From assembly GCA_036867785.1 (NCBI GenBank), contig CP145426.1, positions 620,001 to 684,000 of the forward strand: a DNA stretch of 64,000 bases, written 5' to 3'. Under the pieces are notes generated by a model. It was not told the origin of the DNA. It saw only the letters and a list, made by a program, of their open reading frames with translations, and did not search any database. Within the stretch, counting starts at the first letter, position 1. Each line of letters starts with the position of its first letter. The position numbers and the translations under genes are program-made. This document shows positions 35,822 through 46,169 of this stretch, in pieces. The DNA is from Plasmodiophora brassicae (lineage: Eukaryota).

Positions 35822-38800
35822 TTAGAAATCTGCTAACAGTCGTGAGCAGAGCGGGTCTCCTTCGGCTTGTCGTTCGAGGAAGGCCCTGACGATATCAGGA
35901 ACATCGGCCGCCATGACCGAGTAAGGTTCCCATGAATTGTCGGTGGCATCGAATCCGATCCAGTTGATCAGTAGTTCAGTGTCACCTGACGTAGAGTTGA
36001 CTCGAATGTCCTCGACTGCGTTGACTTGGTAAGCCACGCCGGTGAGCGCGATGTTGTGCTTCAGGGAAGAGGTGACATTCAAGTGCGCATCTGCATAGAA
36101 CATTAAGCGCTGGGCGTGTACATCTGAGATATGATCAGTCAAGAGATCTCGAACTCGATACACCCAGTCGTTGATGGTGTCGATAATCTGGGCAGGTCCA
36201 GTCCAGTTGTACTCGGACTTGGAGTGCTTGCCATGGTTGGCCACGAGAACATAGTCGCCCGTCGTGAAGTTGATCTCGCGAACATTGCGTCGGCGACGCC
36301 GGGCGCGTTGCTTGAGATCACGTAGATGGGTGCGTGTACGTGCCACTTCTTTGTGCATGTCCTCGAGAGAATCGATAAGTTCCGTCGTCATTTCCTTGAG
36401 ACGGTCAGGGGTCAACGGTACGTCGATAACCGCGTCGATGCGTTTGTTGAAGATAATCGAGATAGGTGTCGAGGGTGGCAAACCCGTAAACATCGTGACA
36501 GGCGCGTAGCCCACACTTGATCGAACAGTGTGATTTACCGTCATGTTGATCAGCGGAAGGACATACGGCCAATCCTGGAATGGAAGATTTAGCTCGGAGA
36601 GGAGGGACTTCAGCAGAAAGAGAAGCCGCTTGTTGACAACCTCAACCGTGCCGTTCGCCCAAGGTGTGTAGGCAGTTGTGAAATGATGGTTGCAGTGTAA
36701 CCGGCTATTAAGCTCGGCGATAACCGCGTTTTTGAAGTGTGTGCCGCGGTCAGAGACATGTTGGAAAACAATGCCGAAACGTTTGAACCAATCCAGAAGA
36801 GATTCGGCGACAACGCTGTGATCCGCGAATTGACAAGGAATTAACTCGACGAATGCTGTAGCGTCGTCCTTCAGAACCAGAACATAACGAAGTTGATGAG
36901 AATCGCCTGGACGAGGTTTGGATAAGAACAGAAAGTCATAGTGGATGACCTTATTGGGCTTGTCCGCATGCATAGCCGTGCCATAAGGTCGGGGGATCAT
37001 CGAATCTTTGTTGCGTAGGCAGTGTAAGCATTTGTCCACAAATGCACGAACAAAGGAATCGAGATCAGGCCACCAGAAGAGTTGCGCGATGCTCGAAATA
37101 GTCGATGCAGCAAGTTGATGACCAGACAGTCCCATATGTGAAATCACTGCGATGCGTAGCTGCAGTGCATGTGATGGTACCCAGAGTTGATTGTCTGGAG
37201 TACGCCAGCCAGATTCCGGGCTAAGGTGGAGAGACATGTCCCCTTCGAGTTGGAGAATATCAGAAACGGCAGATAGGTCGTGTTGGCGAATGTAGTCGGT
37301 CTGAGCGTTACTAATCTCGTCGACAGACGGCCAGATAAACTCATCGGTCATCTTGTAATCGTCGAAGTCAAGATTAATTGCCATATGACGAATAGAACGG
37401 AACGATGGAGGGGAAAATGAGGAGAGTGGTTGCAGGGCGACGCCCCACCGCGTGGCGAGGTCGGCCCAAACGTTGTCCTCCCCAGCAATGTGCTCAATGT
37501 GAAAATCTAGGTCGATAATCTGAAGTCGCCAGCGCTCCAAGCGATCGCCGGTCGTCCGACTAATTCGTGCAACCGAGGCTGGGTTCAGAATGAAAACCAA
37601 ATTACGGTGGTCTGTGAAGATTCGAAGTGCCAGCTTTGACATAGAGATGAAGTGTCTGAGGCGATAGCAGCCTTCAATGATGGCGTAGGCCTCCTTCTCA
37701 ATGGTCGCCCACTTCAATTGAGAACCACGGAATGTCCCCGAGATGAACGACAAAGGTTCGTGGTGTTGCTCACCGTACGGGAGATCAATATCTTCCGGAG
37801 GGATCTGCGACAGGAAAACAGACCAGAAACGGTCACTCGCATCCGGAAAGAGACACATGATCCATTCGTCCTTGGTGTGCGCCAGCGTCATGGCCTCCGA
37901 TAGTCGATGCTTCAGAGAATTGAAACTGGTGAGATGGTCAGTGGTCCAGCCGATGTCGGCTAAACGAACTCGACGTAGGTGTGATTTCTTCAGACTGCTG
38001 ACAGAACGAGAAGCGGACAGAAGTAGATCCTGTAGCGGATGAACATGTGCCGCGAATTGAGGGATAACAGAACGGACCCAATTGAGGCCCGAGAGGAACT
38101 GTTGGAGATCAGCAGCCGTGATAGGAGTTGATAGATCGTGCAAGGCGTTGAGATACGAGCGATCGAACGACACTCCATCAGCGGATATAACGCGACCGCA
38201 CCATGTCACTGAAGTGAGATATAACTGGCAGCGATCAGGGTTGAGTTTAACTCCAAACTCGTCGAAAGCGTTGAGAAGAGATTCGAGTGTGTCCATGTAG
38301 GCTCCGAATCCAGATACGTAGCCGAGGATATCGTCGATCCAGAGTAGGGCGCAGATATATAGAAGTTTCCCCAACACCTGTTGCATTCCCGCCTGGAACG
38401 CAAACACGCAATCAGCGATTCCCTGGATGATGCGCCTGGGTGTAAACGTGGCGATGTGCGTCATGAACGAGCAGGCCTCCTGCGAATCAGGGTGCAACGG
38501 AAATTGCCAATAGCCTTTAAAGGCATCGAACAGCATGAAGATGGTCGCGGAACGTAGGTAGGTCAGGATGATGTCGATGTGAGGCATCGGCCATGCAATG
38601 CGTTCGGTCTGTTTGTTGACGGCTTCATTGATGTCGACGGTCAGCCGATGGCCGCGAACCTCCGTGTCCTTCTTGTCGACGACCAGACACGGCGACGCGT
38701 ACCTGCTGTGCGGATTGCGGTACACAAAATCGTTTTCCGCCAAGGTTCCTACGTGATCATCCATGAATTTTTGCTGTTCGAGGGTATACCTTCGTGTTCG

Positions 38801-40711
38801 GCAACGAACAGGACGAGCATCTGCTTTGAAGTGTAGTTTCAGTGGACTTACTTTCGCAGGTGGATCACGGCCAAGCTTCGTTCGCCATATGTCTTTGTGT
38901 CGATTGACAGTTGTGCGTAGACGCGGGACTTGATCGTTAGGGAAACCGGAGTCAGTTGCACGTTGTATCATCCGGTCTATTGCCCTGTCCACGTCTGTAT
39001 CGGAGTGTTCTCCGATTTCGACATCATAGTCGTCACCCGGATCATTGGTGTCCAATTGGGGCTCATGATCGCGAGTTGTTCCACTTACCTCCGGGTGTCT
39101 TACCGCTCTCATCGTGATCCCTTGACCACCTGGGGCGTGACGTTCCGGGGTCGGATCCGCTTCGATGATGATAGGACCATTTGCCTCGATTAACATCTCC
39201 TTCAGTTGTGTAGCTGGATTGATACCCAACGCGTCCAGTTCCGGGGCTCCTAAAAGGACAATGTCATCAGATAGGTCTTCGCGACATACGTTGATTTCCC
39301 GCCCGCGTAGATGTGCAGGTTTGCCATGCGAAGGTGGGACAATGGTGATGTCCACGATCGCTGTGGCGACAATTGTTGTCGTAGCCCCGATCGTTGCAAG
39401 TTTCGCCTCCGTTGGATGGTCGAACACTTTGACTGGGACATGCTGGATGGCTTGAATCCGTAGCAGTTGCGATTGCGAAATGACGGTCTTCGTCGCACCA
39501 CTATCGGCTTCGAATGGAAGGTCGAGCGAGTTCTGGAAGCGAAGTCTCATAGGGGACGGTGTTGACGGCGACGGCGGGCCCATGCGCTTTGCCGTGTCTG
39601 CGTTGCCCTTACTCTCCTCCTTCTCTTTGCGCTCTTTCTGGAACTTTTCAATGGCAGCTTTGCGTTCTCCTTGAGTTGCCTTCGGGCACACTTGGACCCA
39701 GTGCTGCTCCTTGCAGATTAGGCAACCTGCCTTTGGAGGATCCTTACCTTCGAAACGTTTTCGGATGTGCTCGGGGATGTCCCTCGATTCGTCTTTCGTT
39801 TGCGATGTGGACGATTGAGCTGTCTTCAGTCCGATCGGATTTGTCGGATGCTTGCCGCCATTCCTATTCGGAGCAACAACGTCCTTACCTTTCTTACCTG
39901 CAGGTGGGGACATGGTCTGCGCTGGAGACTTCTTCTTCTCAGCTTGCAGCCGGAAGTGTTTGTCCTGCTCTTTGGCAAGACGGTCGACGAGGTCGAAGAA
40001 TTTGAGCTCGTCCTTCTCAGCGTCCCTGCACCCTCCGAACTCGATCGCGCGTTCGACTAGAACCGCAAGGTCAGTGGGACGGATACCTCCGCGTAATACC
40101 TTGATCTTGCGCTTGGTTCCTTTCGTTCCTTTGGCGTATGTGTCTTGTAGCCCATAGTCGTCGATTAGCTCATCGAACTTGGCGAAGAAAGACGTGACAC
40201 GTTCCTCAATACTCTTGATTGACAGGTTCATGACCACTGTCTTCGTGAGAAGCGCCTTGATGTCTGTCGAACTCTCGACATCAGCCTCCCTGCGTTGGAC
40301 TGACCTCAAGTAGCTCATGATGTCGCCATCCGTGATCGTGCTGGCGGGTTGACGTAGGCGATATTTCGACATCCCTCTGAGGACGTCCTCGGTAATGCAT
40401 GACTTCACCGTTGGCGGATGAATATCCTCCTTGTAGATCAGTCGGCGCTCGTTAACGATCTCGACGTGTTTCCTATATTTCTTGAGGAAATCGTTAATTC
40501 CGTCCTTGGCCGTAAGGCTCAGGGTACGTAGGATGGGCGGTTTCAAAGGCATAAAGATCGGGCTCTTACCGTGCAGGTTTGTTGACTGAAGCCCTCGATC
40601 GATTTCGTCATCTGTCGACGATTCATGCTCCTTGGCCTCGGCGTCGGAGTTGGTCCTGGCGTCGTCCTCCATCTGTAGACGAACGGGCGCTCTGCGGCCA
40701 CCTCCTGCCAT
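35822..40711 (-). CDS. Single gag-pol polyprotein with C-terminal chromodomain (1629 aa)
   Basis: Zn knuckle CLICKEQHWVQVC; protease ADSGA; RT DAFKGYWQ and WIDD; RNase H DAS..EKEAYA..TDHRNL; integrase HHCC, SDRGTHF and NGTVE; chromodomain LINWIGF...SWEP. Confidence 0.96.
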   Translation of the reverse strand: MAGGGRRAPVRLQMEDDARTNSDAEAKEHESSTDDEIDRGLQSTNLHGKSPIFMPLKPPILRTLSLTAKDGINDFLKKYRKHVEIVNERRLIYKEDIHPPTVKSCITEDVLRGMSKYRLRQPASTITDGDIMSYLRSVQRREADVESSTDIKALLTKTVVMNLSIKSIEERVTSFFAKFDELIDDYGLQDTYAKGTKGTKRKIKVLRGGIRPTDLAVLVERAIEFGGCRDAEKDELKFFDLVDRLAKEQDKHFRLQAEKKKSPAQTMSPPAGKKGKDVVAPNRNGGKHPTNPIGLKTAQSSTSQTKDESRDIPEHIRKRFEGKDPPKAGCLICKEQHWVQVCPKATQGERKAAIEKFQKERKEKEESKGNADTAKRMGPPSPSTPSPMRLRFQNSLDLPFEADSGATKTVISQSQLLRIQAIQHVPVKVFDHPTEAKLATIGATTTIVATAIVDITIVPPSHGKPAHLRGREINVCREDLSDDIVLLGAPELDALGINPATQLKEMLIEANGPIIIEADPTPERHAPGGQGITMRAVRHPEVSGTTRDHEPQLDTNDPGDDYDVEIGEHSDTDVDRAIDRMIQRATDSGFPNDQVPRLRTTVNRHKDIWRTKLGRDPPAKVSPLKLHFKADARPVRCRTRRYTLEQQKFMDDHVGTLAENDFVYRNPHSRYASPCLVVDKKDTEVRGHRLTVDINEAVNKQTERIAWPMPHIDIILTYLRSATIFMLFDAFKGYWQFPLHPDSQEACSFMTHIATFTPRRIIQGIADCVFAFQAGMQQVLGKLLYICALLWIDDILGYVSGFGAYMDTLESLLNAFDEFGVKLNPDRCQLYLTSVTWCGRVISADGVSFDRSYLNALHDLSTPITAADLQQFLSGLNWVRSVIPQFAAHVHPLQDLLLSASRSVSSLKKSHLRRVRLADIGWTTDHLTSFNSLKHRLSEAMTLAHTKDEWIMCLFPDASDRFWSVFLSQIPPEDIDLPYGEQHHEPLSFISGTFRGSQLKWATIEKEAYAIIEGCYRLRHFISMSKLALRIFTDHRNLVFILNPASVARISRTTGDRLERWRLQIIDLDFHIEHIAGEDNVWADLATRWGVALQPLSSFSPPSFRSIRHMAINLDFDDYKMTDEFIWPSVDEISNAQTDYIRQHDLSAVSDILQLEGDMSLHLSPESGWRTPDNQLWVPSHALQLRIAVISHMGLSGHQLAASTISSIAQLFWWPDLDSFVRAFVDKCLHCLRNKDSMIPRPYGTAMHADKPNKVIHYDFLFLSKPRPGDSHQLRYVLVLKDDATAFVELIPCQFADHSVVAESLLDWFKRFGIVFQHVSDRGTHFKNAVIAELNSRLHCNHHFTTAYTPWANGTVEVVNKRLLFLLKSLLSELNLPFQDWPYVLPLINMTVNHTVRSSVGYAPVTMFTGLPPSTPISIIFNKRIDAVIDVPLTPDRLKEMTTELIDSLEDMHKEVARTRTHLRDLKQRARRRRRNVREINFTTGDYVLVANHGKHSKSEYNWTGPAQIIDTINDWVYRVRDLLTDHISDVHAQRLMFYADAHLNVTSSLKHNIALTGVAYQVNAVEDIRVNSTSGDTELLINWIGFDATDNSWEPYSVMAADVPDIVRAFLERQAEGDPLCSRLLADF

Positions 40712-40754
40712 TAAGTGAGTTCGTTTGCTTGGGGCTCTTTGCGCAAGAAGCTTC

Positions 40755-40951
40755 TGTGCTAACGCCGCCGCTGCCCACTACGGGGGCGGTCGGTCGCAAG
40801 AGTCGGCGCCTGGTGATATAACGAACTGATGTATTTGGACAGGATCGTCACAGCAAGGGCCGCTGCGGGGTCGAGTACGGTCATGATCATGTGACCGGGT
40901 GGCAGCAGCATCTGAGCAGCATCATCTGAGTACTGGTACTCTGGATGAACA
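40755..40951 (-). repeat. 5' LTR
   Basis: Direct repeat of 35616-35812. Confidence 0.96.
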
Positions 40952-41046
40952 AGAACTCTGTATGCTCAATCTCCTGTAGATTACATGATTTTTGTTAGCC
41001 TGCGTAGAAGCAGTGTTCGCTTGTACATGCCGTTGTAAACTCAACT

Positions 41047-41213
41047 GTTTTACACCGAAGTTCGTAAAGGTCTATTTTTTATGCCAAAGTTCGTAAAGGT
41101 CATTTTTTTTGTACCGAAGTTCGTAAAGGTCATTTTTTTGTACCGAAGTTCGTAAAGGTCATTTTTTTTGTACCGAAGTTCGTAAGTTCGTACGAACTTT
41201 TTTCCAAAAAACC
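41047..41213 (-). repeat. Right TIR of the MULE
   Basis: Reverse complement of the left TIR, with the same tandem units. Confidence 0.92.
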
Positions 41214-41360
41214 CTTTTTTTGTGGTTGCGTTGATGTTTTTGTGCGGTCGCGGCTGCCTATGGACATGTTAAGATCGCTGGATCGGCAACCAGAGCCTTT
41301 GGCCAAAAATGCTATTTTAGAATCGTGTGGGTACTGAAACTTTACAAAACCAGATTCATG

Positions 41361-43952
41361 TTATCGATAATCGCCGCACGAGCAAGCGCCGTTCCTGAAG
41401 TAATGGTGGCGGCCGGGTTCACGGATGAAGACGGCGCAACCGGTGACCGACGTGACGATCTTGATCGCCTTGTGGCAGTCGGTGCAGATGCGGCAGGTGC
41501 TGGACGCACGGATGTCTAAATGGGACTGCTGCAGCGCGTACACGACGGCAATCATCGCGCTGTGCACGCGTCGCCGGGGACGTTCGCCCGTATCCGGGTC
41601 GTACCCGAGGCGCACTAAATCCACCATAAGTCGCATGTACGCCTCGCTGAGGCCGTCTTCACGTAAACGCGCATCATCCGCGCCGAAACGCATCACAGCC
41701 TGATCCGGCAGCATCAGCGTTGTCTCATCAGCGGGGAACGCAATCCCCATAGCCTGCATATCGGACCGCACCCTTGTAGCGTCAGCGAACCGTCTCGTAC
41801 GCGCGTACAGGTCGAGAATCAGGTGGCATGCTTCCAGGAGCTGGCCGTCGTCGCTTCCTGCAGCGCCTTCGGAATGCAAAGCGCGAATCCGCTCGTATGC
41901 TCGTTCGCCACGTACCGCATCGTTATGATGAGAGCAGGCGCGAAGAAGGGCAACCCATAAACGGACGCTGCTCGGCCTGTTCCTCGCAAGGCGCTCCGCG
42001 ACGTCCAGCCTTCCAGCTCGCCCATGCAGGTCCAGTAGGCACAACTCATGAGCAGCGTTGATGGGGACCTGCCAGACCTGTGCGAATTCGCCTAAAAGGG
42101 CATTGGCGCGGCCCAGGTCCCTGCACGCGCGCAAGACCGCCGTCAGCGTCACATGGTCAGGCCGGGCTCCCGCCTGCTTCATGCGTCCGAATAGCGCCAG
42201 CGCAGTCGGTCCCTGACCAGCACGGGCGAACGCGTCAATGGCCAGGGTCCACGTGACGACATCGGGGCGGAACCCGGATCGGAACGCGACCTGCCCCACG
42301 TCGTCCATCATGCCGCACGCGGCGTACGCCGACACGAACGCGTTGCCGACGACAACATCATCGCGCAGATGACGACTATCGCCCGCGCAACGCTTCAGTT
42401 CGTTGAGGGCGCAGAGGTCGGAGCATCGCCCACAGGCGGCCACCAACGACGCGAACGCGGCAGGCGTCGCGCGAAACGGATGCTTACGAAACAGGCACAT
42501 CGCTTCGCGAACACGATCCAACTTTGAGTACGAAACCAGGACGTCCGAAACAACAGCGCCGTCGTCGTCATCGTCACAGCCACGCCCAGCTGACGCTGAC
42601 ACTCGATCACTGAACGTGTCGACGGCACTGCTGTACACGCCCTGACGCGTGTAAGTAGCAATCATAGCCTTACAGGCGGCGGTCAGGCCAGAATGCGACG
42701 AGCACTGGAGCGAGGCGAACACCCGCTCGGCAGCGGGGACGTTACCGCATCGCCCATACGCGGATACGAACGCAGCGACGACGGCGACGTCGCCGATCAA
42801 GGACGATCCGTCGCCGCTGGCGTACTGCTCGAGGGCCTGGACGACCTGGGGCAGGAGGCAGGAGCCATACGCTGCCACAAATGCGCTGAAGACGGGTGGT
42901 TCGTCGAACAGACCGGCACGGCGTGCATGGCACTCCAGGTCCTCGACGGCCGACAGCTTCCTCCAGCGTCCGAACGCGCGAGCGAACGCTGCAACGACAA
43001 TGGGGACGCGTAGCAGATCGGGACGACGATGTCTGCCAGTCGCGTAATCGTACAATGTCTGAACGACGGCAGCGTCGTCGGTAGTGCAACAAGAAACCAG
43101 CAAGGAGAGCACTGGGCTATCGACGGGGACGTCGCGTTGCACCATGGTCTCGAACACCGCCATGGCCTGTCGAGTGCGACGTGCTCGGGCCAGGGCCGAT
43201 AGGACCATCGTGTAGATCGGCAACGACGGCGCCAGCCCGGCATCGTCCATGACCCGTACCGTTTCCGACACGCGATCCAGCCGGCCGCCGGCCAGCAGCG
43301 CCTTGAACAAGTTGGCGAACACGGCGTGGCCGGGTGGCGGGACGTCGACGGCGTTGTCCCGGCGAACGATCACAACGTCGAGAAGGCGATCGGCGACGTC
43401 GCTGGCCGATGACGATGATTCGGCGCAGACAGCGGCGAGCAGCGACAGCATTTGTTCGGAGAGGACCCGATGCTTGATGGCGTCATCGACAAGGAACAGG
43501 GCGGCATCGGGTTGCCGGGCGACCCGGCAGAGGTTCGCGACGCCAAAGATGACGTTGTGCGAACGAGGCCCGCATTGCCGGTACAGGTGAAGCGCCGGGC
43601 GCACCAGGGGCGGGGTCGCCACCTGGCAAGCGCCTAGGAACGTGCAGAACAGCGTGTCATCGTAGGATGTCATCCCGGCGGACACGGCCGCCTGCATGAC
43701 ATCCGGCGCCTTGCCCGGGCACGCGCGCCTGCACAGCGACATCATGACCTGGAACAGGCGCGCATCGGCGAACAGCGTCGTGTCGATGACGCGACGAAAG
43801 ACGACCCAGGCTCGGTCCGCATCCGTCTCCTCCTTCAAGATGCGGACGGCGACCGGCACCGACGGCACCCGGAGGAACCTCTCCACCGCCGACGACGCGG
43901 CGGGACGGTGGCGATGCGCGCATCGCGCACTGCGTTCACCCCATCGTCGCAT
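41361..43952 (-). CDS. Pentatricopeptide-repeat protein with E-like and degenerate DYW domain (possible small upstream exon)
   Basis: PPR motifs such as PDVVTWTLAIDAFARAGQG..AL.LF..M...GARPDHVTLTAVLRAC; LLDLHGRAGRL; C-terminus HSA...RIC.DCH..IK...IRE..RHHYFRNG.CSCGDYR. Confidence 0.9.
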   Translation of the reverse strand: MRRWGERSARCAHRHRPAASSAVERFLRVPSVPVAVRILKEETDADRAWVVFRRVIDTTLFADARLFQVMMSLCRRACPGKAPDVMQAAVSAGMTSYDDTLFCTFLGACQVATPPLVRPALHLYRQCGPRSHNVIFGVANLCRVARQPDAALFLVDDAIKHRVLSEQMLSLLAAVCAESSSSASDVADRLLDVVIVRRDNAVDVPPPGHAVFANLFKALLAGGRLDRVSETVRVMDDAGLAPSLPIYTMVLSALARARRTRQAMAVFETMVQRDVPVDSPVLSLLVSCCTTDDAAVVQTLYDYATGRHRRPDLLRVPIVVAAFARAFGRWRKLSAVEDLECHARRAGLFDEPPVFSAFVAAYGSCLLPQVVQALEQYASGDGSSLIGDVAVVAAFVSAYGRCGNVPAAERVFASLQCSSHSGLTAACKAMIATYTRQGVYSSAVDTFSDRVSASAGRGCDDDDDGAVVSDVLVSYSKLDRVREAMCLFRKHPFRATPAAFASLVAACGRCSDLCALNELKRCAGDSRHLRDDVVVGNAFVSAYAACGMMDDVGQVAFRSGFRPDVVTWTLAIDAFARAGQGPTALALFGRMKQAGARPDHVTLTAVLRACRDLGRANALLGEFAQVWQVPINAAHELCLLDLHGRAGRLDVAERLARNRPSSVRLWVALLRACSHHNDAVRGERAYERIRALHSEGAAGSDDGQLLEACHLILDLYARTRRFADATRVRSDMQAMGIAFPADETTLMLPDQAVMRFGADDARLREDGLSEAYMRLMVDLVRLGYDPDTGERPRRRVHSAMIAVVYALQQSHLDIRASSTCRICTDCHKAIKIVTSVTGCAVFIREPGRHHYFRNGACSCGDYR

Positions 43953-44224
43953 TGCCTGCGGAAACCCGCCACGAAGCTGGGCAGCAGCCCGCCCCCGCAG
44001 TGCACTGCAGTTGGCCGCGGGGTGTGCAGTTCGACTGTGGGATGCGTCGCAGCTGCAAGCCGTGACCCGTCAGGGAGGACAGCTGCAAGCACGCCGTGAC
44101 CTGTGTCGCCCCCGCGAGGGCCGTCGTCATTGCAGTCGCGCAGTTTTGCCGTTTCCTATTCTGGGGTTGCGTGGGCCGCGCCGCGGTTGGGCCCTCACTG
44201 TCGGGAGTCGCCGTGACGCATGCG

Positions 44225-46169
44225 ATGCTGCAGGCGGCGGCCGTCGCCGTGCTAACGCTACTGGCGCTGGTCCGCGCCAGCGACGACGCCGAGTGCCTGC
44301 TGTGCATACGCTGCATGTGCGATCGCATCGAGGGCGACGACACGGGCGGCGTTTTCGCGTACGTTCCGGCGTCGTCGATGGCGGTGCCGCATCGGGGTGG
44401 CTGATCGCCTGCGCGTAGGGTGTGTAGCGGGCCGCTGGTGCCGTTCTTCAACATCCACGAGGAGTTCATCGGCTGCAAAGACAGTCGCCGGATCCGACTC
44501 GCCGGCGACGACGGCACGTTGACCTACGCCCGCGATAGGCAGTACGGTGCAGATCAATGGCAGTGCTGGAACGAGTCATGTCGTCTGATCCGGACGCCCC
44601 TGTGCAGGCGCATGTCGGTGCGCGATATCAAAATCGTTCGGACAGGGCGACCCGAAGAGGTCGCCCTGTCCGAACTTCGGGTCGCCCTGTCCGAACCGAG
44701 TTTCAACGTGACGCTGCCGCCATCGACCGCGAACCTGTTCCCGGGCGTCGAAGTGCTTACGTACCGCTGTGGCTCCATGGTGGACTCGTCGTGCGCCTAC
44801 TGACAGGTCCATAGGCTGACGGGCGTGTCCGGCGCCGAAATGTTCTACCTGCGGTACTTCAAGGACGCGACGATCATGTCAGACGCGGGTGTCTACGGCC
44901 GCGCGTCCAATCTGCGTCTGACGTGTGTCGTAGTGAGTTACGCGAGGTGCCGTCCCCCGTCGTGTTCGAGCATCAGAACGAGGGGTTCTCCCTGCCGCAT
45001 CTGGAGCACTTGTACGATCTGGCGAACGCGGCACCCTTCGGTTAGGCGGCTGACACGGTTGGACAGGACGATCGAGGGGTTCGTGAACGGCTCCGTACAG
45101 GGCGACCCAGAGTGCAAGGACGTGCTCTGCTTCGGCAGGCCCTTCTTCGAGCCGCTGTACGACATGTTCAGCCTGACGAGCGTGTATGGGTCCCCCTGTT
45201 CCCCTCCGCCGTAACCATCTGAACCGTACGCACAGGCAAGTATCGCGGTTCCTACCGATGAGCAAGTTCATGCACGGCGCGACGGAGGAGGCGCGCCGGC
45301 AACGCCAGGACCTGGCGGAGGCCCTGAGCTCGCAAAGGCGCGTCACCTTCAGGTGGGAGCACTGCGAGCTGAACTACTCGCTGACGACGACGCTGCCTAT
45401 GTCGAGACGACCGGGCCCGCCGTCATTGCTGGCGTTGCCGTCCTGGTCCAGGTACCTGGTCCCGGTACTGGCCGTCGCGGTAACGATTGCCTCGACGTCG
45501 GCATCGCTTCACGACGCGTACAAGCAGCGGGAGGCGGAGCGCCGCCAACAATACCTTAACCGGGTCGTGTCCAGAACGAAACCTGCGGTTTTCGTCCTGC
45601 TACCGTCCATTCTGTCCGGGTACGATTCGCTCGGCCTGCCACGAGCATGCGCGCCGTTTTCGCTGACCTCTGCCTCGCCTAGCGACATTCTGCGTCTGCC
45701 TGGCTGTGTGCTGAGGGCCGCGAAGTATTCGGCGACGTTGCCAGGGGATGCAGTGAGGGCGGCCAGTCGTTTGGCAAAGAGATCGTGGCTGACGCCGGCG
45801 CCGGTCACACGTCCTGCTCCCGAGCGGCGTACGTTGCCGTGTGCACCCGTGTGGCCTTCGTACATCTTCTAACTGTGCTGGGTTGCAGCAGCAGACGTGC
45901 CGTCGTCCTGGATCGGGGCCGTCGTCGTGGTGTCCTGCTGCGTTGTCGCGTTCGGCCTGCTTCAGCTCGCGCTGGCCGTCGTCCGTCGGAGGCGTCGGAA
46001 CGCGACCATGGAGTTCTGGAGGAAACGCCAGCAACTGGCCGATAACCTCGACGAGTGGTACCGCGCGTCGCTACGTCGCCAGGGCCTGCCGCCCACCGTC
46101 GTCTCCGACCTAGTGTTCACCCGTCCGCCCAACTATGTCCTGAAGAAGCAGGCGCACTTCTTCCTCTAG
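44225..46169 (+). CDS. Uncharacterised Cys-rich signal-peptide protein with C-terminal TM; exon structure approximate
   Basis: Signal peptide MLQAAAVAVLTLLALVRAS; chain of coding-like ORF pieces separated by intron-sized gaps; TM WIGAVVVVSCCVVAFGLLQLALAVV followed by RRRRR. Confidence 0.5.

Larger units (their letters stand above)
35616..40951 (-). mobile_element. Full-length Ty3/Gypsy chromovirus-type LTR retrotransposon (5336 bp)
   Basis: 197-bp TG...CA LTRs; 5-bp TSD AGAAC at 35611-35615 and 40952-40956; PR-RT-RH-IN-chromo order. Confidence 0.97.
30372..41213 (-). mobile_element. Mutator-like (MULE) DNA transposon; about 5.5 kb without the nested LTR element
   Basis: TIRs at 30372-30539 and 41047-41213; 9-bp TSD CTTTTTTTG at 30363-30371 and 41214-41222; G...C termini; internal MULE transposase. 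Confidence 0.9.

Noticed and set aside
40735-40810. Tf1-like self-priming duplex between leader and LTR
   Set aside because: Only a short gapped match (CGCAA-GAG) was seen, which is too weak to claim.
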